This document shows, piece after piece, positions 20,601-32,600 of a stretch of DNA of 64,000 nt (within the stretch, counting starts at the first letter, position 1; each line of letters opens with the position of its first letter). Under the pieces are notes generated by a model. That model did not search any database. It was not told the DNA's origin and saw nothing but the letters and a program-made list of their open reading frames with translations. Position numbers and translations under genes: made by a program. The stretch comes from an uncultured Gemmatimonadales bacterium (GTDB taxonomy: Bacteria; Gemmatimonadota; Gemmatimonadetes; Longimicrobiales; Longimicrobiaceae): NCBI GenBank assembly GCA_963716255.1, contig OY970303.1, positions 7,232,001 through 7,296,000 of the forward strand, in the 5' to 3' direction.

Positions 20601-23600
20601 TCTCCGAGCCCGGGGCCGCGGTGTCGGGCGCGGAGCTGCGGGAGCAGCTGTCCGCCCGGCTCCCCGAGCACATGGTGCCCGGCGCCTTCGTGGCGCTGGC
20701 GAGCATTCCGCTCACCCCCAACGGCAAGACCGACCGCGCGGCTCTCCCCGCCCCGGAGCGCACCCACGGGGGCGACGCCCACGTGGCGCCGCGGACGGAA
20801 GCGGAGCGGGTGCTGTGCGAGGTGTGGGCCGGGCTGCTCGGCGTGGAGCGGGTGGGGGTGGAGGACAACTTCTTCGAGCTGGGCGGCGACAGCATCCTCG
20901 CCATCCAGGTGGTTTCCCGCGCGCGGCAGCGCGGGCTGCGCCTCGCCCCGCGGCAGCTCTTCGAGCATCCCACCGTCGCGCGCCTGGCCGGGGTGGCCGA
21001 GGCGGCTGCCGCCGGGGACGTGGCCGCGCCGCAGGGCGCCGTCACGGGCGAGGTCCCGCTGACGCCCATCCAGCGGCGCTTCTTCGCGCAGGAGCACCCG
21101 GCGCGCCACCATTACAACCAGGCCCTGCTGCTCGCCCCGCGCGAGACGCTGGACCCCGCGCTGCTGGCGCGGGCCGCGGGCGCGCTGGAGGCGCACCACG
21201 ACGCGCTGCGCCTGCGCTTCCGCCGCGAGGCCGACGGCAGGTGGACGCAGTCGCACGCGGACGCGGCCCGGCATCTCCCGCTCGCGGTGCTCGACCTGTC
21301 CGGCGTGCCGGAGAAGGCGTGGCGGAGCGCGCTGGAGGCCGCCGCGGAGCAGGTGCAGCGGAGCCTGGAGCTGTCGCGCGGGCCGCTGCTGCGCGCGGCG
21401 CTCTTCGAGCGTGGGGCCGGTGAGCCGCAGCGGCTCCTGCTGGTGGTGCACCACCTGGTGGTGGACGGTGTCAGTTGGCGGGTGCTGCTGGAAGACCTGG
21501 AGAGCGCGTACGCCCAGCTGGCGCGGGGCGAGTCGGTGAAGCTGCCGGCGAAGACGACCTCGTGGAAGGCGTGGGCGGAGCTCCTGGCGGAGCACGCCGG
21601 GTCGCAAGCTCTGGCGGACGAGGCGGCGTACTGGGCCGGGGAGGCGGAGAAGGCGACGGCGCCGCTTCCCCTCGACGATCCCACGGGGGAGGACACCGTG
21701 GCGCGGTCGGGCAGCGTTGCGGTGAGCCTGAGCGCGGAGGAGACCGGGGCGCTGCTGCGCGAGGTTCCGCAGGCGTACCGGACGCAGGTGGACGACGTGC
21801 TCCTGGCGGCGCTGGCCGCGGCGCTCGGCCGGTGGACGGGCGAGGCGCGGGTGCGAATCGACCTGGAAGGGCACGGCCGCGAGGAGGATGCGGTGGGCGG
21901 CGTCGACCTGTCGCGCACGGTGGGGTGGTTCACCACCCTCTACCCGGTGGTGCTGGAGCTTCCTCGCGGCGGAGGGCCGGGCGCGGCGCTGAAGGCGGTC
22001 AAGGAGCAGCTGCGCGCGGTGCCGCGGCGGGGGATCGGCTACGGGCTGCTGCGCTACGCCGGCGCCGGCGGGGCGGGGGCGGAGCTGGCCCGCGCGCCCC
22101 GGGCGGAGGTCGCCTTCAACTACCTGGGGCAGCTCGACGCGGCCGTTTCCGGGGAATCGTTCTTCGCCCTCGCGGAGGAGCCGGCCGGGGCCACCGCGGA
22201 CGGGCGGACGCCGCGCGCGCACCGGGTGCTGGTGACGGGAGCGGTGCGCGAGGGGCGGCTGGAGGTGGAGCTGGGCTACGCCGGGGGAGTGCACCGCCGC
22301 GAGACCATCGAACGCCTTGCCGGGTGGTTCGCCGCGGAGCTGCGGGAGCTGATCGCGCACTGCCGCGGCGCGGAGGCGGGCGGCTACACGCCGGGCGACT
22401 TCCCGCTCGCCGCGCTGGACCAGGCGGCGCTGGACGCGCTGCTGGGGAGCGAGCGCGGGGTGGAGGATGTGTACCCGCTCACGCCCATGCAGGAGGGGAT
22501 GCTCTTCCACACGCTGGACGAGCAGGGGCAGGGCACGTACGTGGGGCAGATGGTGCTGACGCTCCGCGGAGCGCCCGAGGCGCCGGTCTTCCTGCGCGCC
22601 TGGCAGGCGGCGATGCAGCGGCACCCCGCGCTGCGGACGCGCTTCGCCTGGGACGGGCTGGAGCGCCCGCTGCAGGTGGTGGCGGGCCGCGCCGCGCCCG
22701 CGCTGGTGCAGCGCGACTGGCGGGACCGCGACGAGGCCCGGCAGCGCGCCGGGCTGGAGGCGTACCTGGAGGAGGACCGGCGCGGGGGCGTGGACGTGAG
22801 GCGCGCGCCGCTGATGCGGCTGGCGCTCTTCCGCACGGGCGACGACCGCTGGGAGCTGGTGTGGACGCACCACCACCTGGTGCTCGACGGCTGGAGCCTG
22901 CCGCTCTTCTTCCGGGACGTGCTGGACCTGTACGAAGGATACGCGCAGGGGCGGCAGGTGCAGCTGGCGGGCGCGCACCCGCACCGCGACTACGTGGCGT
23001 GGCTGGCGGGTCAGGACGTCGCCCGGGCCGAACAGGCGTGGCGCGAGGCGCTGGCGGGCTTCGCCGCGCCCACGCCGCTGCCGCTGGACGGCGCGGCCCC
23101 CCGGCCGGGGGACGCGGCGGCCGGGCCGGGCGGACACGGGGAAGCCAGGCTGCGGCTGGACGCGGAGCGGACGGCTCGCCTGCAGGCCTTCGCGCGGGCG
23201 GAGGGGCTGACGCTGAACACGCTGCTCCAGGGGGCGTGGGGGATGCTGCTGGCGCGCCGGTCGGGGGAGGCGGACGTGGTCTTCGGGGCCACGGTCTCGG
23301 GGCGTCCGCCGCGGCTCGCCGGCGCGGAGGAGATGGTGGGGCTGTTCATCAACACGCTTCCGGTGCGCGTGCGGGTGCGGCCGGAGGCGCCGGTGGGCGA
23401 GTGGCTGCGGGAGATCCAGGGGCGGCAGGCGGCGCTGCGGGAGCACGAGCACACGCCGCTGGTGCAGCTGCGGAAGTGGAGCGAGGTCCCGGCGGGGAAG
23501 CCGCTCTTCGAGAGCGCGTTCTCGTTCTCCAACTACCCCGTCGACGCGGCGCTGACGCAGCGGGACGTGGGCTTCCGCGTGGAGTCGGCGCGGGTGATCG

Positions 23601-26600
23601 AGCGCGACGACATCCCGCTGTTCCTGTCGGCCGCGGTGCAGGGCGACGGCGTGGACGTCCAGCTCGTCCACCAGTTCTTGCGCGTCGCCCCGGCGGCGGC
23701 CGGGCGGCTGCTGGAGGAGCTCGGGGTGCTGCTGGACCAGCTCGCCACGGACCCGCGTCTGCCGCTGGAGCGGGTGACCGGTCTGACCGCCGACGAGCGG
23801 CTGCGGCTGCTGGCCACAGGGCGCGGCCCCGCCGCGGAGTACCCGCGCGATCGGTCCGTGCACGAGCTGATCTCGCTGCGCGCCGCTGCCACGCCGGACG
23901 CGCCCGCCGTGCTGGCCGGCGGCGTCCGCCTGGGCTTCGCCGAGCTGGAGGCGCGCGCCGACGTCGTAGCGGCTCGGCTGAGGTCGCTGGGGGTGGGGCC
24001 GGAGGTGCGGGTCGCGATCCTGCTCGACCGGTCCGCGGAGCTTGCCGTCGCGATCCTGGGCACGCTCCGGGCCGGCGGCGCCTACGTGCCGCTGGACCCG
24101 GCGTATCCCGCCGAGCGCCTGGCCTACCTGCTCACCGACAGCGGCGCCCGGGTGGTCGTCACGCGGACGAGCCTCGCCGCCACGATGCCCTCCACCTCGG
24201 CGCACACGCTCCTCGTAGATGCCGACGAGTCCGGGTCCGCGCCCCTCCCCGTGGAGAGCGTCGTCGATCCCGAGAACGCGGCGTACGTCATCTACACCTC
24301 GGGCTCCACGGGCGCGCCCAAGGGCGTGATGGTCTCGCACCGCTCGCTGGTCTGCTACGCCGAGGCTGCGCGCGCGGAGCTGGGGCTGGGCGCGGGCGAC
24401 CGCTTCCTCCAGTTCGCCTCGCCCAGCTTCGACGTCATGGTGGAGGAGATCTTCCCCGCCTGGCTCGCCGGGGCGGCGGTGGTGTTCCCCGGGCAGGACC
24501 TGCTGGAATCTCCCGGGGCGCTGCTGGAGATCGTGGAGGCGCAGGGTGTCACCGGCTTCGAGCTGCCCACGGCGTTCTGGCACGAGTGGGTGCGGATGCT
24601 GGCGGAGGAGGGCCGGCGCCTGCCGGCGTCGCTGCGCTTCGTGATCGTGGGCGGCGAGCGCGTGCACCCGGAGCGCCTTGCGGAGTGGGCGCGGCTGGAG
24701 GTCCCGCTGGTGCACGTGTTCGGGCTGACGGAGACCACGGTCAGCTCGGCCATGCTGCGCCTGGAGGCGGGCGACGACGGGTCGCGGTGGAGCAATCTCC
24801 CTGTGGGGCGGCCGCTGGCCAACGCCGCGCTGTACGTGCTGGACGCCGCGATGCAGCCGGCGCCGGAGGGTGCGCCCGGCGAGCTGTACCTGGGCGGCGA
24901 CACGGTGGCGCGCGGCTATTCGGGCCGGCCGGCGCTGACGGCCGAGCGCTTCGTGCCCGACCCGTTCGGCGGCTCGGGGGGGCGGCTGTACCGCACGGGG
25001 GACCGCGTGCGCTGGCTGGCCGAGGGCGGGCTGGAGTTCCTGGGGCGGATCGACCAGCAGCTGAAGATCCGCGGTTTCCGCATCGAGCCGGGGGAGATCG
25101 AGGCGGCACTGGCCGAGCACCCGGCCGTGCGGGAGGCGGTGGTGGTGGCGCGCGAGGAAGCGCCGGGCCGGAAGCAGCTGGTGGCGTACGTCGTCCCCGC
25201 CGCCGGCTACGCCGCCGGGCCCGCCGGGTTGCACCGGGCCCCCGTGGAGTTTTGGCCCTCGCACGGCGAGGCCGGCTTCTACGACGACCTCCTCTACAAG
25301 GCGATGGCCGACGACCGGCGCCGGAACCAGGCCTACCTGGAGGCGCTGCGCTCCGTCGCGCCCGGGAAGGTGGTGGTGGACGTGGGCACCGGCGCCGAGG
25401 CTGTGCTGGCGCGCCTGGCCGTACAGGCGGGCGCGCGGAAGGTGTACGCCGTGGAGACCAAGGAGGAGTCGTACCGGCGGGCCCGGGAGCTGATCGCGCG
25501 GCTGGGGCTGGAGGACCGGATCGAGCTGGTCCGGGGGAACGCGGTGGACGTCGACCTTCCCGAGCCGGCCGACGTGTGCGTCTCCGAGCTGATCGGCTGC
25601 ATCGGCGGGTTGGAGGGCGCGGTGGCCATCCTGAACACGGCATGGCGATGGCTGAAGCCGGACGCCGTGCAGGTGCCGCGGCGCTGCGTGACCCGGATTG
25701 CCGCCGTGGAGCTTCCGGAGGAGGTGCACCGCGCGCCCGCCCTGGGGGAGATGGCCGCCCACTACGCCGAAAAGATTTTCGAGGCGCAGGGACACCGCCA
25801 GGACGTGAAGCTCTGCGTGCGCAACGTCGCGCGCGAACACCTGCTCTCCGGCGACGACCTCTTCGAGGACCTGACCTTCACGGGTCCCATGGAGCCGGAG
25901 TACGGCGGCCCCATCGAGCTGCGGATCACGCGCGACGGGCGGCTGGACGGCTTCCTCCTCTGGATCCAGCTGTGGATGGGAGAGACACTGGGCGTTGACT
26001 CGCTGGAGCACGATTGCAGCTGGCTGCCGATGATCTTCCCGGCCTTCTACCCGGGCGTGTCGGTGCGCGAGGGCGACGTGCTGCGGGCGGAGGTCAGCGT
26101 CCGGCTGGCGGAGAACCGGGTCAACCCCGAGTACCACATCCGGGGCGTGCTGCGGCGCGCCGCGGGCGGCGAGGAGCCCTTCGACTACGAGTCGCGCTGG
26201 CGCACGCCGCCGGAGGAGCCCAATGAGCTCCACCGCCGCCTGTTCCTGGGGCCGGAGATCCCCATCCGCCACCCGGACGACGACCCGTCGGCGCAGGTGT
26301 CGGCGGCCGAGCTGCGGGCGCACCTGGCGGGGCGGCTCCCCGAGTACATGGTGCCGGGCGCCTTCGTGACGCTGGAGCGGCTTCCGCTCACCCCCAACGG
26401 CAAGGTTGACCGGCGCTCCCTCGTCCAGCGCGAGGCGTCGGGGCCGGCTGCCGCGGCGAGCTACGCGGCGCCGGAGAGCGAGGTGGAGCGGACGCTGTGC
26501 GCGATCCTGGCGGAGGCGCTGCGCGTGGAGCGGGTGGGGGTACACGACAACTTCTTCGAGCTGGGCGGCGACAGCATCGTGGCCATCCAGATCGTCTCCC

Positions 26601-29600
26601 GTGCGCGGCGTGCGGGGCTGTGGCTGCGCCCGCGGCAGCTCTTCCAGCACCCGACGGTGGCGCGGCTCGCGCCGGAGGTGAGCGCTGCTGAGAGCGCCGG
26701 GGTGCAGACGGATCAGGGGGCGGTCACGGGCGAGGTGGAGCTGACGCCGGTGCAGCGGTGGTTCTTCGCGGAGGAGATCCCCGAGCGAGACCGCTGGAAC
26801 ATGCCGCTGCTGCTGGAGCTGCGCCGCCCGCTGGAGGCGGCGCGGCTGGAGGCATCGCTGGAGCGGGTGGTGGCCCATCACGACGCGCTGCGCTTCCGCT
26901 ACGCGCGCGCCGCGGACGGCGCGTGGGTGCAGACGTGCGCGCTGCTGGACGCGCCGGTCGCCCTGGAGCAGGTGGACCTCTCCTGGGTGCCGGCGGAGGA
27001 GCTGAAGGAGCGGATGCGGCGTCGTTCGGCGGCGGCGCAGGCGAGCCTGGACCTGGAGCACGGGCCGCTGCTGCGGGCCGTGCTGCTGGAGCCCGGCGGG
27101 GGCAGGGCTTCGCGGCTGCTGCTGGTGGTTCATCACCTGGTGGTGGACGGTGTCTCCTGGCGCATCCTGCTGGAGGACCTGCAGACGGCCGTCGAGATGC
27201 TGTCGCGGGGCGAAGCCGTAACCCTGCCGGCGAAGACGACCTCGTTCCAGCGGTGGGCGCAGCGGCTGGCGGAGCACACGGCGCGCGGCGGCTTCGACGC
27301 GGAGCTGGAGTTCTGGCTGGACGAGCCGCGGCGGATGCTGCGCCCCCTGCCGGTGGACTCGCCCGGGGGGCGGTCCCACAACACCGTCGGCGGGTCGCGC
27401 ACCGTCTCCGTCTCGCTGGACATGGACGAAACGCGGGCGCTGCTGACGGAGGCGCCGGCCGCGTACCGGACGCAGGTGGGCGACGTGCTGCTGTGCGCGC
27501 TGGCGCGCGCCTTCGCGGGGTGGACGGGGGAAACGCGGCTGCTGGTGGAGCTGGAGGGGCACGGCCGCGAGGAGCTGTTCGAGGACGTGGACCTGTCGCG
27601 CACCGTGGGATGGTTCACCACCGTGTACCCGGTGCTGCTGGACGTGGGCGGGGCGGCGGACGAGGGCGCGTCGCTGAAGCGGGTCAAGGAGCAGCTGCGG
27701 GAGGTGCCGGGGCAGGGGATCGGGTACGGGGCGCTTCGCTGGCTGAGCCCGGACGCGGCCACGCGCGGGCGCCTGGCGGAGCAGCCGCGCGCCGAGGTGA
27801 GCTTCAACCACCTGGGGCAGGCCGACGCCGCCCTGGCGGACGACGGGCTCTTCGGCCTGGCGGCGGAGCAGGGCGAGGACGCGATCGGCCCGGACGCGCC
27901 GCGGCAGCACCTGCTGGAGGTGAGCAGCATCGTGCACGGCGGCCGTCTGCGGGTGGACTGGCGCTTCGGCGAGGCGATCCACCGGCGGGCGACGGTGGAG
28001 GCGCTGGCCGGGCGCTACCTGGCCGAGCTGCGGGGGCTGGTGGCGCACTGCGTTTCCGCGGATGCGGGCGGGAGCACGCCGAGCGACTTCCCGCTCGCGG
28101 GGCTGTCGCAGGAGGAGCTGGACCGGCTGCCGGGGAGCGGCCGGGAGGTGGAGGACGTGTACCCGCTCGCGCCGCTCCAGGAGGGGCTGCTCTTCCACGT
28201 CCTGTATGCGCCCGGCGAGGGGCTGTACGTGGCGCAGTACGGCATGGAGCTGGAGGGCGGGCTGGACGGGGAAGCGATGCGGCGGGCGTGGGACGCGACG
28301 CTGGCGCGGCACCCGGCGCTGCGCGCGAGCTTCCTGTGGCGGGACCTGTCCCGGCCGCTTCAGCTCGTCCGCCGCCAGGTCCGCGTCCCCTTCGTGCAGG
28401 AGGACTGGCGCGTCCTCCCCGAGGACGGGCAGCGGGCGGCGCTGGAGGGCTACCTGCGGGAGGACCGGGCCCGCGGCTTCGACCTGGAGGCCGCCCCGCT
28501 GATGCGGGTGGCGCTCTTCCGGACCGGCGAGGACCGCTACCGGATGGTGTGGAGCTTCCTCCAGGCCGTGCTGGACGGGTGGAGCCTGCCGCTGGTCTTC
28601 CGCGACCTGCGCGCGGCGTACGAATCGCTCGCCGCGGGGGGGACGCCCGCGTTGGGAACGGCGCCGCGCCACCGCGACTACGTCGCCTGGGTGGAGCGGC
28701 AGGACCCCTCGCGCACCGAGGCGTTCTGGCGCGGGGTGCTCGCCGGCTTCGACACGCCCACCCCGCTTCCGCTCGACCGCGCCACGTCCGCGCCGGGTCC
28801 CGAGCGCCGCGAGCAGACGGGCATCGAGCTCACCGCGGAGGCCACGCGGGCGCTGCACGCCTTCGCACGGGCGCGCGGGCTGACCCCGGGCACGCTGGTT
28901 CAGGGCGCGTGGGCGCTGCTGCTCGCGCGTTACGCCGGTGCGGACGACGTGGTCTTCGGCGTCACCGTCTCCGGGCGGCCGGCGGAGCTGGCCGGCGTGG
29001 AGGAGATGGTGGGCGTGTTCATCAACACGCTGCCGGCGCGCGTCCGGCCGGGGAGCGACGCCCGGGTGGACGAGTGGCTGGGCGCGCTGCAGGAGGACGC
29101 CGCGGCGCTGCGGGAGCACGAGTACGTGTCGCTGTCGCAGGTGCAGAAGTGGAGCGCCGTCCCCGCCGGGCAGGAGCTCTTCGCCAGCAACTACGTCTTC
29201 GAGAACTACCCGGTGGACGAGGCCGTGGCCGCCGGCATCGGGGGCGCCGCGGTGCGCGGCATGACCGCCATGGAGCAGGGGAGCTATCCCCTCACGCTCG
29301 TGGCGGCGCCAGGGGCGCGGCTGTCGCTGCGCCTTCACCACGACCCGGCGCGGCTCGACGCCGCGGGCGCCGGGCGCCTTCTGGCGCAGCTGGGCGCGGT
29401 GCTGGACGCGTTCGTCGCGCACCCGGAGCGGCGCGTTTCCGGGGTGTCGCTGCTGCGCGGGGACGAGTGGGCCCCGCTGCTCGAATCGTCCCGCGCGGCG
29501 CGGGCGTACCCGGCGGCGTGCGTGCACGAGCGGTTCGCGCGGCAGGCGGAGCGCACCCCCCACGCGCCCGCGGTCACCTCCGGCGGCGAGACGCTGACGT

Positions 29601-32600
29601 ACGCGGAGCTGGACCACGCGGCCAACCGGCTCGCGCGCCACCTGCGCCGCCGCGGCGTGGGCCCCGAGGTGCGCGTGGCCGTGTGCGCCGAGCGCTCCGC
29701 CGAGCTGGTCGTGGCGCTCCTGGCCGTGCTCAGGGCCGGCGGCGCGTACGTCCCCGTCGATCCCGCCTACCCGGCCGAGCGAATCGCCTACCTGCTGGAA
29801 GATTCCGGCTGCGCGGCCGTCCTGGTGCAGGAGGGGCTGCGCCCGCTCCTGGGCGACCCGTCCATGGAGGTCATCGCCCTGGAGGGCGCGCTGGCCGACA
29901 CCGGGGGAAGCGATGCCGCGCCCGAGGTGCGGGTGGACCCGGAGAACGCCGCGTACGTCATCTACACCTCCGGCTCCACCGGCCGCCCCAAGGGCGTGGT
30001 CGTCACGCACGCCAGCGTCACGCGCCTCTTCGCCGCCACCGAGGCGTGGTTCGGCTTCGGCGAGCAGGACGTGTGGACGCTCTTCCACTCCTACGCCTTC
30101 GACTTCTCGGTGTGGGAGATGTGGGGCGCGCTGCTGTACGGCGGGCGCCTGGTGGTGGTGCCCTGGCAGACGAGCCGCGACCCGGAAGCGTTCTACGGCC
30201 TGCTGGCCCGCGAGCGCGTGACGGTGCTGAGCCAGACGCCCTCCGCCTTCCGGCAGCTCGCGGGGGTGGAGGAGACGCGGGCCGCCTCCCCGGAGCTGGC
30301 GCTGCGGGTGGTGGTCTTTGGCGGCGAGGCGCTGGAGCCGCGGGCGCTGCGGGGGTGGATGGAGCGGCACGGCGAGGCAACGCCGCGGCTGGTGAACATG
30401 TACGGGATCACCGAGACCACGGTCCACGTCACCTACCGTCCGGTCCGGTGGGCGGACGTGGAGGCGGGCGAGGGGAGCCCGGTGGGCGTGGCGATCCCGG
30501 ACCTGGCGGTGTGGGTGCTGGACCCGTGGGGGAACCCGCTGCCGGCCGGGGTCCCGGGCGAGATGTACGTGGGCGGCGCCGGGGTGGCGCGCGGCTACCT
30601 GGGGCGGCCGGAGCTGACGGCGGAGCGCTTCGTCCCGGACGCGTTCGGCGGCGAGGCGGGAGCCCGCCTGTACCGGAGCGGCGACCGGGCGCGGCGCCTG
30701 GCCTCCGGGGAGCTGGAGTACCTGGGGCGCGGCGACGCGCAGGTCAAGGTGCGCGGCTTCCGCATCGAGCCCGGGGAGATCGAGGCGGAGCTGGCGGGGC
30801 TGCCCGGGGTGCGCGAGGCGGTGGTGACGGTGCGGGAGGATCCTGCCTTCGGCACGCCCGGGCAGAAGCGGCTGGTGGCCTACGTGGTCCCCGAGCCGGG
30901 CGCCGGGCTCGCCGTCGCGGAGCTGCGCGAGGCGCTGTCCGGCCGGCTGCCGGAGCACATGGTGCCCGCCGCGTTCGTGGTGCTGGGGAGCATTCCGCTG
31001 ACCCCCAACGGGAAGACCGACCGCCGGGCGCTGCCCGCGCCGGAGCTCGCCGACGCGGGCGCCGGGTTCGTGGCGCCGCGCACCGAGGTGGAGGCGGTGC
31101 TGGCCGCGGTGTGGGCGGAGGTGCTGGGGGTGGAGCGCGTGGGCGTGGAGGACGGCTTCTTCGAGCTGGGCGGCGACAGCATCCTTTCCATCCAGGTGGT
31201 CTCGCGGGCGCGCCAGCGCGGCCTCAGGATCACCCCCCGGCAGCTGTTCGAGCGTCCCACCGTCGCGCGCCTTGCGGAGGTGGTCGAGCCGGAAATCCCG
31301 GACTCCGCGGCGGCGGCGCAGGGGCCGGTCGCGGGCGAGGCCCCGCTGACGCCCATCCAGCGGCGCTTCTTCGAGCAGGACCGCCCGGCGCGCCACCACT
31401 ACAACCAGGCCCTGCTGCTCGTCCCGCGCGAGCGGCTGGAGCCCGCGCTGCTGGCGCGGGCCGCCGGCGCGCTGAATGCGCACCACGACGCGCTGCGGCT
31501 GCGCTTCCGCCGCGAGGCAGACGGCGCGTGGACGCAGTCGCACGCGGACGCGGCCCGGCATCTCCCGCTCGCGGTGCTCGACCTGTCCGGCATCCCGGAG
31601 ACGGCGCGGCGCGGCGCGATGGAGGCCGCCGCGGAGCAGGTGCAGCGGAGCCTGGAGCTGTCGCGCGGGCCGCTGCTGCGCGCGGCGCTCTTCGACCCGG
31701 GTGCCGGTCAGTCGCAGCGTCTCCTGATCGTCGTCCATCATCTGGTGGTGGACGGCGTCAGCTGGCGGGTGCTGCTGGAGGACCTGGAGAGCGCGTACGC
31801 CCAGCTCGCGCGGGGCGAGGCGGTGCGCCTTCCCGCGAAGACGACCTCGTGGAAGGCGTGGGCCGAGCGCCTGGCGGAGCACGCCGGGTCGCAAGCTCTG
31901 GCGGACGAGGCGGCGTACTGGGCCGGGGAGGCGGAGAAGGCGACGGCGGCGCTGCCCGTCGACGACGCGGCCGCGGAGGACACCTCCGCGCGGTCTCGCA
32001 CGGTGGCGGTGAGCCTGAGCGCGGAGGAGACCGGGGCGCTGCTGCGCGAGGTGCCGCAGGCGTACCGGACGCAGGTGGACGACGTGCTCCTGGCGGCGCT
32101 GGCCGCGGCCCTGGGCCGGTGGACGGGCGAGGCGCGGGTGCGCATCGACCTGGAAGGGCACGGCCGCGAGGAGGATGCGGTGGGCGGCGTGGACCTGTCG
32201 CGCACGGTGGGGTGGTTCACCACCCTCTACCCGGTGGTGCTGGAGCTTCCTCGCGGCGGAGGGCCGGGCGCGGCGCTGAAGGCGGTCAAGGAGCAGCTGC
32301 GCGCGGTGCCGCGGCGGGGGATCGGCTACGGGCTGCTGCGCTACGCCGGCGCCGGCGGGGCGGGGGCGGAGCTGGCCCGCGCGCCCCGGGCGGAGGTCGC
32401 CTTCAACTACCTGGGGCAGCTCGACGCGGCCGTCTCCGCGGATACGTTCTTCGCCTTCGCGGAGGAATCGGCCGGCTCTCCGGCGGACGGGCGCGGTCCG
32501 CGCGGCCACCGGCTGGAGCTCAACGCGGCGGTGCGCGAGGGGCGGCTGGAGGTGGAGCTGGGCTATGCCGAGGGAGTGCACCGCCGCGACACCATCGAGC

